Below are positions 9,112 to 19,382 of a stretch of 64,000 nucleotides of DNA, piece by piece. The stretch lies in NCBI GenBank assembly GCA_964615305.1, contig CAZTNA010000001.1:382793-446792 (forward strand), read 5' to 3'. The translations under genes and the position numbers were made by a program. The DNA comes from an uncultured Chitinophaga sp. (GTDB taxonomy: Bacteria; Bacteroidota; Bacteroidia; Chitinophagales; LD1). Under the pieces are notes generated by a model. That model worked only from the letters and a program-made list of their open reading frames with translations, was not told the DNA's origin and did not search any database. The stretch's first letter is position 1. Each line of letters begins with the position of its first letter.

Positions 9112-11004
9112 TCATACGGCACCTTCTAAAATAATATTCACTATGCCGGGATCGAGTAGTGTACTCGTATCACCCAAATTAGAGGTATCGCCTTCGGCAA
9201 TTTTTCTGAGTATTCTGCGCATAATTTTGCCGCTACGTGTTTTTGGTAACCCCGGTACCAACTGAATTTTATCCGGTCGGGCAAAAGCTCCAATTTTTTC
9301 CGCTACAATCTTTTTTATCTCTTGGTGTAATGTCTCCACATCTTCTACCTGGCTACTGCATATCACAAAAGCGTATATACCTTGCCCTTTTATGTCGTGA
9401 GGAAATCCAACAACAGCTGTTTCAATTACCAGTTCGTGTTCATCAATGGCGTCTTCTACTTCACCGGTACCAACGCGGTGTCCTGATACATTAATTACAT
9501 CATCTACTCGACCCGTTATGCGGTAATAGCCATCTGCATCTCTTCGGCAGCCATCGCCTGTAAAATAATAATTTGGGTATGTGGCAAAGTATGTTTGCTG
9601 AAAGCGTGGATGGTTGCCATATACGCTACGTGCCATACCAGGCCATGGAAACTTAATACATAAATTGCCCTCTACATAACTACCCTCTATTTCTTCTCCC
9701 TTTTCGTTTAGCAACACCGGTTGAACACCAGGTACTGGCAAAGTGGCAAAAGCCGGTTTAAGAGGGGTGACGTTTGCTATTGGGGAAATAAGCACACCAC
9801 CTGTTTCTGTCTGCCACCAGGTATCCACTATGGGGCATTTTTCTTTGCCAGCATTCTTATTGTACCAATGCCATGCTTCTTCGTTGATAGGCTCACCAAC
9901 TGAACCAAGCACCCGCAATGATGAAAGATTTTTGTTCCTGAAAACTTCATAGCCATACGTTTGCAGCGAGCGGATGGCTGTAGGTGCAGTGTAAAAAATA
10001 TTTACTTGGTGTTTGTCAATCACATCCCAAAAGCGCCCGTGGTCCGGGTAGGTGGGTATGCCTTCAAACATAACTGTAGTTGCGCCATTCAGCAACGGGC
10101 CATAAACCAAGTACGAATGACCTGTTACCCAACCCACATCTGCAGTACAGAAAAATATCTCCTGCTCGCGGTAGTTAAACACGTTTAAAAAAGTATAACC
10201 TATATATACCATGTAGCCCGCTGTAGTATGCAGCACCCCTTTGGGCTTTCCGGTACTGCCGCTGGTGTAAAGAATAAACAAAGGGTCTTCGGCATCCATT
10301 GCCTCTGCACAATGCTCTACTGAAGTATTGGAAACAACATCGGTCCACCAGATATCTCTGCCTGCTTTCATTTCTATATCACTCCCTCTATGATTATACA
10401 CCACACAATTTTTTATTGAGGGTGTATTAAGCATTGCTTCGTCAGCTATATTTTTTAACTCAATTTTTTTCTCCCCCCTAAAAAAGGCATCTGCAGTAAT
10501 CAGTAAAGAACATCCGCTGTCGTTTATCCTATCAATAAGAGAGGTGGATGAAAAACCGGCAAACACCACCGAATGTATAGCCCCAATTCTAGTGCAAGCC
10601 AACATGGCAACTGCTGCTTCGGGCACCATTGGCATATAGATGCAAACACGATGGCCTCGTTGTACGCCAAGATTTTTAAGGGCATTTGAAAAACGACATA
10701 CTTCATTATGCAATTGATAATATGTTAGGGTTCGGAAGTCTTCATCCGGATTGTTTGGTTCCCAAATGATGGCTGTTTGATGACCCCGTTTTTCGAGGTG
10801 CCGGTCTAAACAATTCTCACTTAAATTACATTCAGCACCATTAAACCATTTTATACTCGGTTCCCTGAAATTCCATTCTAGAACAGAGTTCCATTTTTTC
10901 TTCCATAGAAAACTGTCAGCTACTTCAGCCCAAAAAATTTCAGGATAATCTACACTGCGCTTGTATTCGCTCAAATATTGTTCAAAGTTGGTAATTTGAA
11001 TCAT
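9112..11004 (-). CDS. acs: acetyl-CoA synthetase (acetate--CoA ligase)
   Basis: Start set at ATG 11004 (MIQITNFEQY...). Carries the AMP-binding motif YTSGSTGKPKG plus WWQTETGG and PKTRSGKIMRR. Confidence 0.96.
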   Translation of the reverse strand: MIQITNFEQYLSEYKRSVDYPEIFWAEVADSFLWKKKWNSVLEWNFREPSIKWFNGAECNLSENCLDRHLEKRGHQTAIIWEPNNPDEDFRTLTYYQLHNEVCRFSNALKNLGVQRGHRVCIYMPMVPEAAVAMLACTRIGAIHSVVFAGFSSTSLIDRINDSGCSLLITADAFFRGEKKIELKNIADEAMLNTPSIKNCVVYNHRGSDIEMKAGRDIWWTDVVSNTSVEHCAEAMDAEDPLFILYTSGSTGKPKGVLHTTAGYMVYIGYTFLNVFNYREQEIFFCTADVGWVTGHSYLVYGPLLNGATTVMFEGIPTYPDHGRFWDVIDKHQVNIFYTAPTAIRSLQTYGYEVFRNKNLSSLRVLGSVGEPINEEAWHWYNKNAGKEKCPIVDTWWQTETGGVLISPIANVTPLKPAFATLPVPGVQPVLLNEKGEEIEGSYVEGNLCIKFPWPGMARSVYGNHPRFQQTYFATYPNYYFTGDGCRRDADGYYRITGRVDDVINVSGHRVGTGEVEDAIDEHELVIETAVVGFPHDIKGQGIYAFVICSSQVEDVETLHQEIKKIVAEKIGAFARPDKIQLVPGLPKTRSGKIMRRILRKIAEGDTSNLGDTSTLLDPGIVNIILEGAV

Positions 11005-11097
11005 GTTGCTTGTTGTTGTAAAACCAAAATAACCATGTTGACCGTAAAGTAAAAACACAACACTTGCAGTTGCCACTACAAGTAATATGTTTAGCGC

Positions 11098-12021
11098 ATG
11101 AGTATTTTAAACCGAAATCAATTTTGGCTGGCTGTAAAGTTTGCGGTTTTTATGCTTATGACATGGATTATTGTTTCGCGCATTTTCTTCAATAACGATT
11201 TTCAACTACAGTGGAGTTATTTTTTACTGCATCTGCATTCGGAGAAGTACATGCTTTTGTTGATTGCCATGTTACTCATGCCGGTAAATTGGTTGTTAGA
11301 AACATTGAAGTGGAGATTGTTGTTAAACAAAAATTCTTCTTTTCTCAACCTGTTAAAATCTGTGTTGGCGGGCGTTACGTTGGGTTTTGTAACACCAGCC
11401 CGCAGTGGCGAGTTTGTAGGTCGTGTCATGTACCTGAACGATAACGACAAAACCAAAATATTTTATCTGAGCAGTATTGGAGGCATGGCACAAACAACCG
11501 CTACATTAATGGCCGGTACTTTTTTCCTGATGCAGTGGTCTGTTGATACTTTTACTTGGGGACTATGTTTCGGTGCAGCGGTTTCGTTTCTGTTTTTCTA
11601 TTTCCGCTTCAATTTGCTCAATCGTATGTTGTGGAAGGTTCCGTTTTTGCAGAAAAATAGTTTGGTGATTGAGAATGAGAACCTGCCATCGGCAAACCTT
11701 TCATGGCAGGTGTTACTTGTATCGCTGATACGTTATGGGGTTTATATTGTTCAGTATGTTTTCATGTTTTCGTTTTTTGGTGTAGAGCAAAATGGGTCAA
11801 CATTATTGGTGTACAGTGGTGTTTGGCTGGTGCTTCAAACAGTTTCTCCGTTAATGCCATTGTTCGATGTTAGCTATCGCGGGGCAACAGCTTTGTTCGT
11901 ATTTGGCAAGTTAGGGGTTAACAGTATTGCTATTGTTACAGCTACGTCTGCCGTATGGTTACTCAATTTGTGTTTGCCTGCCGTAGTTGGCTATTTATTT
12001 ATTTTGCGAAAGAGAATGTAA
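11098..12021 (+). CDS. polytopic membrane protein, UPF0104 / lysyl-PG-synthase-TM-region-like
   Basis: 307-aa ORF with many TM helices and the motif LETLKWRLLL. The family assignment comes from overall pattern only. Confidence 0.6.
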   Translation: MSILNRNQFWLAVKFAVFMLMTWIIVSRIFFNNDFQLQWSYFLLHLHSEKYMLLLIAMLLMPVNWLLETLKWRLLLNKNSSFLNLLKSVLAGVTLGFVTPARSGEFVGRVMYLNDNDKTKIFYLSSIGGMAQTTATLMAGTFFLMQWSVDTFTWGLCFGAAVSFLFFYFRFNLLNRMLWKVPFLQKNSLVIENENLPSANLSWQVLLVSLIRYGVYIVQYVFMFSFFGVEQNGSTLLVYSGVWLVLQTVSPLMPLFDVSYRGATALFVFGKLGVNSIAIVTATSAVWLLNLCLPAVVGYLFILRKRM

Positions 12022-12026
12022 GCTGT

Positions 12027-12467
12027 ATGATTTTTACCGATGAATACTTTATGAAAATGGCTTTGAAAGAAGCCTTGTATGCCTATGAGGAAGATGAAGT
12101 GCCCGTAGGAGCTATAGTGGTAGCCAACAACAAAATAATTGGAAAAGGCTACAACCAAACTGAAAAACTAAAAGACGTAACAGCCCATGCCGAAATGATT
12201 GCTATAACCGCGGCAGCTAATTATCTGGGGTCTAAGTTTCTGGAGGACTGCACTTTGTATGTTACCCTTGAACCCTGCCTGATGTGTGCATCGGCTATTG
12301 GTTGGGCTCGAGTTGCACGATTGGTGTACGGAGCTTACGACCCTAAAGCAGGTTATTCGTTAGTTAAAGGAAGGGTGCTTCACCCCAAAACTGAAATTAC
12401 CGCAGGTGTAATGGAAAATGAATGCTCAGTTTTAATGACAGATTTTTTTAGGGCTAAGCGCAAGTAG
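12027..12467 (+). CDS. tadA: tRNA-specific adenosine deaminase
   Basis: Start at ATG 12027. Carries the CDA zinc motifs HAEMIAI and PCLMCASA. Confidence 0.92.
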   Translation: MIFTDEYFMKMALKEALYAYEEDEVPVGAIVVANNKIIGKGYNQTEKLKDVTAHAEMIAITAAANYLGSKFLEDCTLYVTLEPCLMCASAIGWARVARLVYGAYDPKAGYSLVKGRVLHPKTEITAGVMENECSVLMTDFFRAKRK

Positions 12468-12555
12468 TGCTTCGCGTATTAAATTTTCGATTTGCTAATT
12501 GATTTTACATTCGCCTCGCTAAACCTTTAATCTTAAAATTTAAAAATCAGATACT

Positions 12556-13161
12556 ATGGCTTTTACACTCCCTGCACTTCCTTATGCCAACAATGCGTTG
12601 GAACCACACATTGATGCCCACACTATGGAAATTCACCACGGTAAACATCACAATGCATACGTAACTAATTTAAACGCGGCATTGGCAGGTACCGAAAATG
12701 AGGGCAAACCGCTTGAAGAATTAATGGCAAACATCTCTAAACTGCCGGCAGCAATTAGAAACAATGGTGGCGGCCATTGGAACCACACTTTTTTCTGGAA
12801 TATCATGGCCCCTAACGCAGGAGGCAATCCTACAGGTGCGCTGGGTGATGCTATTAATGCAACTTTTGGTTCATACGATAATTTTAAAGCAGAGTTCGCT
12901 AAGGCAGCAACTACACGCTTTGGCTCAGGTTGGGCTTGGTTGTGCGTATGCCATGGAAAGTTAGCTATTTGCTCTACACCTAACCAAGACAATCCGTTAA
13001 TGGATATTGCAGAATGTAAAGGCACTCCGGTACTTGGTTTAGATGTGTGGGAGCATGCCTACTACTTAAACTATCAAAACCGCAGACCAGACTATATTAC
13101 CGCTTTCTTCAACCTCATTAACTGGGAACAGGCCAACAAGAACTTTGCTTCAGCAAAATAG
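12556..13161 (+). CDS. sodA: superoxide dismutase (Fe/Mn family, Mn-type residues)
   Basis: 201-aa ORF with the signature [25 protein letters not shown] and NQDNP suggest the Mn type. Confidence 0.95.
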   Translation: MAFTLPALPYANNALEPHIDAHTMEIHHGKHHNAYVTNLNAALAGTENEGKPLEELMANISKLPAAIRNNGGGHWNHTFFWNIMAPNAGGNPTGALGDAINATFGSYDNFKAEFAKAATTRFGSGWAWLCVCHGKLAICSTPNQDNPLMDIAECKGTPVLGLDVWEHAYYLNYQNRRPDYITAFFNLINWEQANKNFASAK

Positions 13162-13261
13162 TTTACAGAAGTATCCGTTAATCTTATTGCGCGTTGGTTA
13201 CGCGCTATCAGTTTTACCGGAGGGGTAAATTTTTACCATACTTTCGCACGGTCAATAAACA

Positions 13262-13939
13262 ATGAAGAAGAAAATAAAGATTCACAAAGAGGGGCATAAG
13301 ATACTTTTTGTGTCAGGTGTAGCTCTACTGCTTACCAATGTGATTATTGCTTTAGTATTTAGACAGAAAGAGGTGTACTACATAACAGGTGCAGTATCCC
13401 TGATAATACTGGTTGCATTTGCCTCGTTTTTTCGCATTCCTTACCGTAATTTTTTTACCGGTAGCAACCAAATTGTAGCACCAGCCGATGGCAGGGTAGT
13501 AGTAATAGAAGAAGTGCACGAAGGAGAGTATTTTAACGATAAGCGCATACAGGTGTCAATTTTTATGAGCCCGGCTAACGTGCATGTAAACCGAACTCCA
13601 ATTAGCGGGGTGGTAAAATATCAGAAGTATCATCCGGGTAAATATCTAGTGGCTTGGCATCCTAAATCGAGTGAAAAGAACGAACGTAATACGATTGTGC
13701 TGGAGCATGATGAGTCAGACGCTGAAATTTTAATACGCCAGATAGCCGGTAAACTTGCCCGAAAAATAAAGTGGTACCTGAGCGAAGGCGATGAAGTTGA
13801 GCAAAATGCCGAGCTAGGGTTTATTAAATTTGGGTCACGGGTTGACCTTTTCTTGCCTGTAGGCACAAAAATAGAGGTTGATTTGAAACAAAAAGTTAAA
13901 GGAGGCATTACAGTTATTGGAACTCTGATTGAAGATTAA
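13262..13939 (+). CDS. psd: phosphatidylserine decarboxylase family protein (short form)
   Basis: 225-aa ORF with N-terminal TM helices and the self-cleavage region LGFIKFGSRVDLFLP. Confidence 0.85.
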   Translation: MKKKIKIHKEGHKILFVSGVALLLTNVIIALVFRQKEVYYITGAVSLIILVAFASFFRIPYRNFFTGSNQIVAPADGRVVVIEEVHEGEYFNDKRIQVSIFMSPANVHVNRTPISGVVKYQKYHPGKYLVAWHPKSSEKNERNTIVLEHDESDAEILIRQIAGKLARKIKWYLSEGDEVEQNAELGFIKFGSRVDLFLPVGTKIEVDLKQKVKGGITVIGTLIED

Positions 13940-13964
13940 TTTTACCCCCACAAAAAAATAAAAC

Positions 13965-14324
13965 ATGAAAAAAGTAATTATTGCTCTGTGCTGTGTTTTT
14001 GCTACCGGCACAATTTTAAACGCTCAAACTGCGGCCACAGCAGCAGCTACCAGCAGTCGTCAAACTGTACATACAATGCAAGCCGATAAAGATCCTAAAC
14101 CGGCAGCTTCCTATACAGTTGAAGAATCTAAAACAGCCGCTCCTGCCTGCTGCAAAAAAGATGGTGCTAAGTCAAAAGCTTGTTGTGCTGGTCACGGTGA
14201 AACTAATAGCTCACACGCTTCCGGCAAGTCATGCAGCGATGGCGCTAAAGCAACACCGGCTTCCTGCTCTAAGTCTGCCACACACTCGTGCAGCCATGCC
14301 AGCGATACTAAAAAGGCAGAGTAA
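13965..14324 (+). CDS. secreted low-complexity Cys/His/Ser/Lys-rich protein
   Basis: 119-aa ORF with a signal peptide. The mature part is A/S/K/C-rich with CC and C..H clusters (ACCKKDGAKSKACCAGHG, HSCSH). Confidence 0.45.
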   Translation: MKKVIIALCCVFATGTILNAQTAATAAATSSRQTVHTMQADKDPKPAASYTVEESKTAAPACCKKDGAKSKACCAGHGETNSSHASGKSCSDGAKATPASCSKSATHSCSHASDTKKAE

Positions 14325-14347
14325 GCAAGTATTGCCTTATACATAAA

Positions 14348-14381
14348 CAAAATTGCCCCCGATAGTTTGGGGGCAATTTTG
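14348..14381. terminator. bidirectional terminator between convergent genes
   Basis: Perfect 13-bp inverted repeat CAAAATTGCCCCC / GGGGGCAATTTTG with an 8-nt loop, flanked by A/T runs. Confidence 0.75.
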
Positions 14382-14399
14382 TTTATAGTATACTTCTTA

Positions 14400-15614
14400 T
14401 TACTCCAACACAAGCTTTTTACATGTATTACCCAACCGTACGTAATACATGCCTCGGGCGAGGTCGCTAAGTATTATTTCAGTTTTTTCTGAAACCGGAA
14501 TAGTTTCAAACATCTTTTTGCCTGCAACCGAAAATATCTCCACAGGTAAATGCTTAACACCGGCTGTAGGTACATTCAAAACAAAAGAACCGGACGAAGG
14601 GTTCGGATAAATTTCGAAAGTCTGTTGAGTGGAAGTTATGCTGATATCGCTGGTATTTATCAACCACGATTGGCCGTCTAAATTCCATTCGGGTTTTGTT
14701 TCGGGGTTAATTCCTGAGTCGTAAATTAAATGATGCAGCGCAGTAACCGTAATATCTGTTTGACTGGGTGTAGCCAAAAGTATAGATTCATTTACACAGG
14801 TAGAGTCAAAAGTGTTGTTTGCATGGCAGTTGTATGTACCGGGGTCTGCAGATGTGAGTTGCTGATGTGCCACCGAACTGCCTGCTGCAATCCACCAAAT
14901 GTGCCTTTCAGCATCAGAACTGCCACCATGGAAAAACGAATTGCCTCCGTGGTCGGTAATAATCAAAATCAACCAATCTTCGCTGGCATAGTTAGGCCTT
15001 GCATATAGAGCATTTAGCACCCGGCCAATGGCGCTGTCAACATCCTGAATAGCACTTATGTAAAGAGGGTTAGATGCTGAAAAAGTAGTGGTATGTCCTG
15101 TTAAATCTACTTTGTCGAAATAGGTAAACAATAAATCAATATCGGGGTTTTGCAGTTCAATTATGGCAGAATCGGCTGTTGGCCAGTTGCTGCCATCGGC
15201 CACTTTCACTGTTTTACTCCAGGCAGCATTGTTGATTTCGTCAATCAATGGATCCCATTCAGCCACTATCGAGCTGTTCAGGCTGGGTTTTATCTGTTTG
15301 GCTAATGTTGGCAGAGGTGCGTAAGTAGTAAACTGTTTACCTGCAAAGGTATTGTCTGTAACCCCGTGTTTGTTCCAGTTTACCCCTGTAAGTATAGTTG
15401 ACCAACTTGGGCCGCTCCAGGTAATGCCCGTGTGCCACGAGTCAAACGTGTATGTGGCGTTGCTTAACAGGCCGTCTATGTAGGGAGTATTTGCCTGCTG
15501 AAAGGCATCGGCACGCACGCCATCAATTCCCAGTAACAAGACTTTGCGGTTTTGAGAACTGAAACTATTCAGCACTATCAAATAGAAAGCCGTAGAGAGT
15601 AGAATTCTTTTCAT
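14400..15614 (-). CDS. alkaline-phosphatase-superfamily phosphodiesterase/nucleotide pyrophosphatase with T9SS type A sorting domain
   Basis: 404-aa ORF with a signal peptide and the motifs LLLGIDGVRADAF, DKVDLTGHTTTF and ITDHGG. The C-terminus is Por_Secre_tail-like (FEIYPNPSSGSFVL ... GMYYVRL). Confidence 0.8.
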   Translation of the reverse strand: MKRILLSTAFYLIVLNSFSSQNRKVLLLGIDGVRADAFQQANTPYIDGLLSNATYTFDSWHTGITWSGPSWSTILTGVNWNKHGVTDNTFAGKQFTTYAPLPTLAKQIKPSLNSSIVAEWDPLIDEINNAAWSKTVKVADGSNWPTADSAIIELQNPDIDLLFTYFDKVDLTGHTTTFSASNPLYISAIQDVDSAIGRVLNALYARPNYASEDWLILIITDHGGNSFFHGGSSDAERHIWWIAAGSSVAHQQLTSADPGTYNCHANNTFDSTCVNESILLATPSQTDITVTALHHLIYDSGINPETKPEWNLDGQSWLINTSDISITSTQQTFEIYPNPSSGSFVLNVPTAGVKHLPVEIFSVAGKKMFETIPVSEKTEIILSDLARGMYYVRLGNTCKKLVLE

Positions 15615-15707
15615 GAGTTTACGTTGTAAAACGAATGTAATCGGATAAATAAATACTGAGTAATCGCTTTTGTGCTTTTCTATATTCGCCCTTCAAAATT
15701 TTTAAAC

Positions 15708-16250
15708 ATGAAAAGAGTACTGGGGGCTATAATTCTGATGATACTGTTTGGTGCATGTAATCCTAAACAGAGTTGGAAACGAAATGCTATTGATACGGCT
15801 GAAAAAAAACTGATGGAGGCTGCTAAAGCCGGTAACGTAGATACCACAGCCGTGCGTGCTTTGCTTGCCGAGTATGAAGCATATTCCGCCACTTACCCCA
15901 ACGATACATTGGGCGCGGCATACTTATTTAAAGCGGCAGATTTTTACCGGTATATGCAACAACCACTGAACAGCATTGCCGTGTACGAAAAAATTTATGA
16001 GCGATACCCTACCATAGCCAAACACCCCTTTGCTTTGTTTTTGCAAGGGTTCATATACGAAAATGAGGTGGGCAATCCACATGCTGCTAAAGTGATGTAT
16101 GAAAAGTTCTTAGATAAATACCCTAACCACATAATGGCCAAAGACGTTCGCACCACCTTAGATAATTTGGGCAAAACACCCGAGCAACTGGTGGAAGAAT
16201 TTCAAAAAAAATTACAGCAAGATTCCTTAAGTCAGTCAGCTTCTAAGTAG
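15708..16250 (+). CDS. TPR-like lipoprotein
   Basis: Start at ATG 15708 gives the lipoprotein signal MKRVLGAIILMILFGAC. The remainder is helical and repeat-like. Confidence 0.6.
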   Translation: MKRVLGAIILMILFGACNPKQSWKRNAIDTAEKKLMEAAKAGNVDTTAVRALLAEYEAYSATYPNDTLGAAYLFKAADFYRYMQQPLNSIAVYEKIYERYPTIAKHPFALFLQGFIYENEVGNPHAAKVMYEKFLDKYPNHIMAKDVRTTLDNLGKTPEQLVEEFQKKLQQDSLSQSASK

Positions 16251-16252
16251 GG

Positions 16253-16981
16253 TTAGTCGGTATAAACTACAATACGGTTCCACACACTTTTCTTGTTTTT
16301 GCCATTGGCGCCATCTACCTTAATATATATGGGCAGCGGGTCTCTTATTTTCTTGATTTCGCGCAGTGCTTCGCTGGGCAGAGTGTCGCCTGATACGGTG
16401 TAGTTTTTTCCTTCTTTTTCAAAGAGTGCAATGGTTACACTCTTTACCTCCAGCTGTTTCATATTAACCTCGTTATCGTACATGGTTACAAAAGGCTTAT
16501 TTTCTACAATCAAATGCTTGGGGTAAGGGCGGTTGCGTTCTAGCAAAATCTTGTCGTTCAGCTTCACCAAATTTACTTTCGGGTTATTTATTACCGGGTA
16601 AAGTTTCTCAGGCACCCGTATCAAAAACTGTTTTTGAAACAACATAATTCTTGAACCCGAAGTGCTGATTACAATAACGCGTAGGGTGGCGGTGTCTAAA
16701 GCACCGTACTTGCTGCTGTTGGGTTTTATTACAAGCACACTGTCATTTTGTGTGGCCAACCCCTTTTCAAAAAGAAACTGAGAGATTTTATACTCGGGCG
16801 AAACGCGGATTTTAAACTCATATTCACGTAAGTTATCCAGCGTGTCTATCTTAGGCTTTAGCCAAATTTCGCTGCGGTTGTTCATAGGAATAAAAATTTC
16901 CCCGTTTATCTTCTGGCTGAAACTGTTTTCGGCCAGCAGGAAAAAAGCAACAGAACAAACTATATGAACAATTCTTATCAT
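16253..16981 (-). CDS. secreted hypothetical protein
   Basis: Start at ATG 16981 gives the signal peptide MIRIVHIVCSVAFFLLAENSFSQ. The sequence looks beta-rich. No family recognised. Confidence 0.5.
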   Translation of the reverse strand: MIRIVHIVCSVAFFLLAENSFSQKINGEIFIPMNNRSEIWLKPKIDTLDNLREYEFKIRVSPEYKISQFLFEKGLATQNDSVLVIKPNSSKYGALDTATLRVIVISTSGSRIMLFQKQFLIRVPEKLYPVINNPKVNLVKLNDKILLERNRPYPKHLIVENKPFVTMYDNEVNMKQLEVKSVTIALFEKEGKNYTVSGDTLPSEALREIKKIRDPLPIYIKVDGANGKNKKSVWNRIVVYTD

Positions 16982-17198
16982 AAACGCTTCACCAATTCTT
17001 AAACGCAAAATAGGCAAACAGGTTTACCAGCACATATTTTTTATGCCTACACCATGTTGAATTGTCCTAGTAAGTGTATTTTTGGTGGTTATGTTATTGC
17101 GAAGCCCCATGGCCGGTCTGCTGCACCGCAGGTAAAAACACAATAAGTTCCTTGCCCTTGTTAAACACCTTGTTATTTTCGTCCGGTTACAACACACT

Positions 17199-18518
17199 AT
17201 GGTCATATACTTTCAAATTTACCTCTTCATAGCTTTTACCGCTATGGCGGCTTATTTCGCCTGGCTGGGTTATCGCAGGGTTTATACCAACATTATGCTG
17301 GGCAAACCCGAAACACTGACTGATAATCAGCCGGAGCGCATTAAAAATGTGTTCTTGGTAGCATTCGGGCAAAAGAAAATGTTTAAAAACATGATACCCG
17401 CAGTGTTGCACTTCTTTATCTACTTTGGCTTTATTATTACCCAAATTGAATTAATAGAAGTTTTTCTTGACGGTGCATTGGGCAAACACCGTTTTATTTA
17501 TCACGCAGTAGAGCACATAGCCCCGCTTCGCGGCCTTTACGTGTTCACCATTTCGTTTATTGAAATTGCTTCGCTGTTTGTATTTGTAGCTACGGTAGCT
17601 TTTCTATACCGCAGGTTTATTAAAAAAGTACCACGCCTCAACAAGCCCGAAATGAAAGGGTTTCCCATTCAAGATGCGGCCACCATACTTTTGGCAGAAA
17701 TATATTTGCTCACCTGTATTTTTAGTATGAACACAGCCGATATGGCTATGCACCATGGTGAATATGGTTTTGCGGTTAGCGGCTTGCTCATGCACTTCTT
17801 TACCGGTTGGCATCCTTCTTCGCTTTACATCATTGAGCGCCTGGGTTGGTGGGGGCACTACGCAGGCGTGTTAGCTCTGATAGTTTACCTGCCGTACTCT
17901 AAACACCTGCACATAATACTTGCATTCTTTAATACCTACTTTGCCCGTTTATATCCCAAAGGTTATATCAGCAACATGCCCGAAATAACCAAAGAGATTA
18001 AGCTGATGATGAACCCCGATGCAGCACCACCTGCCGAAGCGAGCACTGAGCCGGTAAAATTCGGAGCCAAAGATGTATTTGATTTAAGCTGGAAAAATTT
18101 GTTAGACGCATACACCTGCACAGAGTGCGGAAGATGTACTGCCGCCTGCCCGGCCAATCAAACCGGCAAACTGCTTTCGCCCCGTAAAATTATGATGAAT
18201 ACGCGCGACCGGCTTGAAGAAGTAGGCAGTGCTATAGCCGATAATAAAGGTATTTGGAAAGACGATGGGAAAAACCTGATAGAAAACGGATACATCAGTA
18301 TTGAAGAACTGCGCGCCTGCACCACCTGCAACGCCTGCGTGGAAGAATGTCCGGTAATGATTTCACCGCTCGACATTATAGTTCAGTTACGCAGAAACCT
18401 GGTGATGGAAGAAAGTAACGCCCCGGCCGAATGGACCGGCATGTTTACCAATATGGAAAACAACGGTGCGCCATGGCAATTTAGCCAGCAAGACAGATTA
18501 AATTGGAAGAACGGATAA
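17199..18518 (+). CDS. membrane-bound (Fe-S)-binding oxidoreductase subunit (TM domain + 2x[4Fe-4S])
   Basis: 439-aa ORF with about six TM helices followed by the ferredoxin motifs CTECGRCTAACP and CTTCNACVEECP. Confidence 0.8.
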   Translation: MVIYFQIYLFIAFTAMAAYFAWLGYRRVYTNIMLGKPETLTDNQPERIKNVFLVAFGQKKMFKNMIPAVLHFFIYFGFIITQIELIEVFLDGALGKHRFIYHAVEHIAPLRGLYVFTISFIEIASLFVFVATVAFLYRRFIKKVPRLNKPEMKGFPIQDAATILLAEIYLLTCIFSMNTADMAMHHGEYGFAVSGLLMHFFTGWHPSSLYIIERLGWWGHYAGVLALIVYLPYSKHLHIILAFFNTYFARLYPKGYISNMPEITKEIKLMMNPDAAPPAEASTEPVKFGAKDVFDLSWKNLLDAYTCTECGRCTAACPANQTGKLLSPRKIMMNTRDRLEEVGSAIADNKGIWKDDGKNLIENGYISIEELRACTTCNACVEECPVMISPLDIIVQLRRNLVMEESNAPAEWTGMFTNMENNGAPWQFSQQDRLNWKNG

Positions 18519-18536
18519 AATTTAAGCCCCGATACC

Positions 18537-19334
18537 ATGACAGTAAAAACATACGCTGAATATGCCGCCAGTGGCGAAACCCCCGAAATACTTTTTTGGG
18601 TGGGCTGTGCCGGCAGTTTCGATCAGCGGGCGCAAAAAGTAACTCGCTCGTTTGTAAAAATTCTTAATCATCTTAACATCAAGTTTGCCGTACTGGGCTC
18701 CGAAGAAAGCTGTACGGGCGACCCGGCAAAGCGTGCCGGCAACGAATTTGTATTTCAGATGCTGGCTTTGCAGAATATTGAGGTCATGAACAACTATGGA
18801 GTAAAAAAGATAGTTACTACCTGCCCGCATTGTTTCAATATTTTAAAAAACGAATACCCTTCATTAGGTGGTAACTATGATGTAATTCACCATGCCACCT
18901 ACCTGCAAACTCTGATTGATGAAGGCAAAATAAAATTAGCGGAGGGGGGATCGTTTAAAGGCAAGAAAATAACCTATCACGATTCGTGCTACTTAGGAAG
19001 AGCCAATGAAATTTATGAAGCTCCGCGTAAAGTGCTTGAACAACTCGATGCCGAATTGGTTGAAATGAAGAGTTGCCGTACCAAGGGTTTATGCTGCGGT
19101 GCCGGAGGAGCGCAAATGTTTAAAGAAGATGAGCCGGGCACAAAACGCATTAACATTGCCAGAACCGAAGAAGCTTTGGAAACGGATGCCCATATTGTAG
19201 CTGCAGCTTGTCCGTTTTGCAATACCATGATTACGGATGGAGTAAAGTCAAAAGATATGCAACACCAGTTAAAAGTATTTGACATAGCTGAGCTACTCGC
19301 TGCCGGCCAGGGCTTAGAAACAATAAGTATTTAA
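18537..19334 (+). CDS. (Fe-S)-binding protein with cysteine-rich CCG domains (HdrD/GlpC/DsrK C-terminal-half-like)
   Basis: 265-aa ORF with Cys clusters TTCPHC, LCCGAGG and AACPFC. It starts 18 nt after the upstream Fe-S gene. Confidence 0.8.
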   Translation: MTVKTYAEYAASGETPEILFWVGCAGSFDQRAQKVTRSFVKILNHLNIKFAVLGSEESCTGDPAKRAGNEFVFQMLALQNIEVMNNYGVKKIVTTCPHCFNILKNEYPSLGGNYDVIHHATYLQTLIDEGKIKLAEGGSFKGKKITYHDSCYLGRANEIYEAPRKVLEQLDAELVEMKSCRTKGLCCGAGGAQMFKEDEPGTKRINIARTEEALETDAHIVAAACPFCNTMITDGVKSKDMQHQLKVFDIAELLAAGQGLETISI

Positions 19335-19382
19335 AAATTGACAGTAATAGTTTTACTGCCTTACAGCCACTAAAATCAAAGT

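Noticed and set aside
9112-11076. The longer acs start at 11076, which would add 24 N-terminal residues
   Set aside because: The extension (MATASVVFLLYGQHGYFGFTTTSN) is not part of the conserved Acs N-terminus and would leave only 21 bp of divergent-promoter spacer before the 11098 membrane-protein gene. ATG 11004 matches the usual start.
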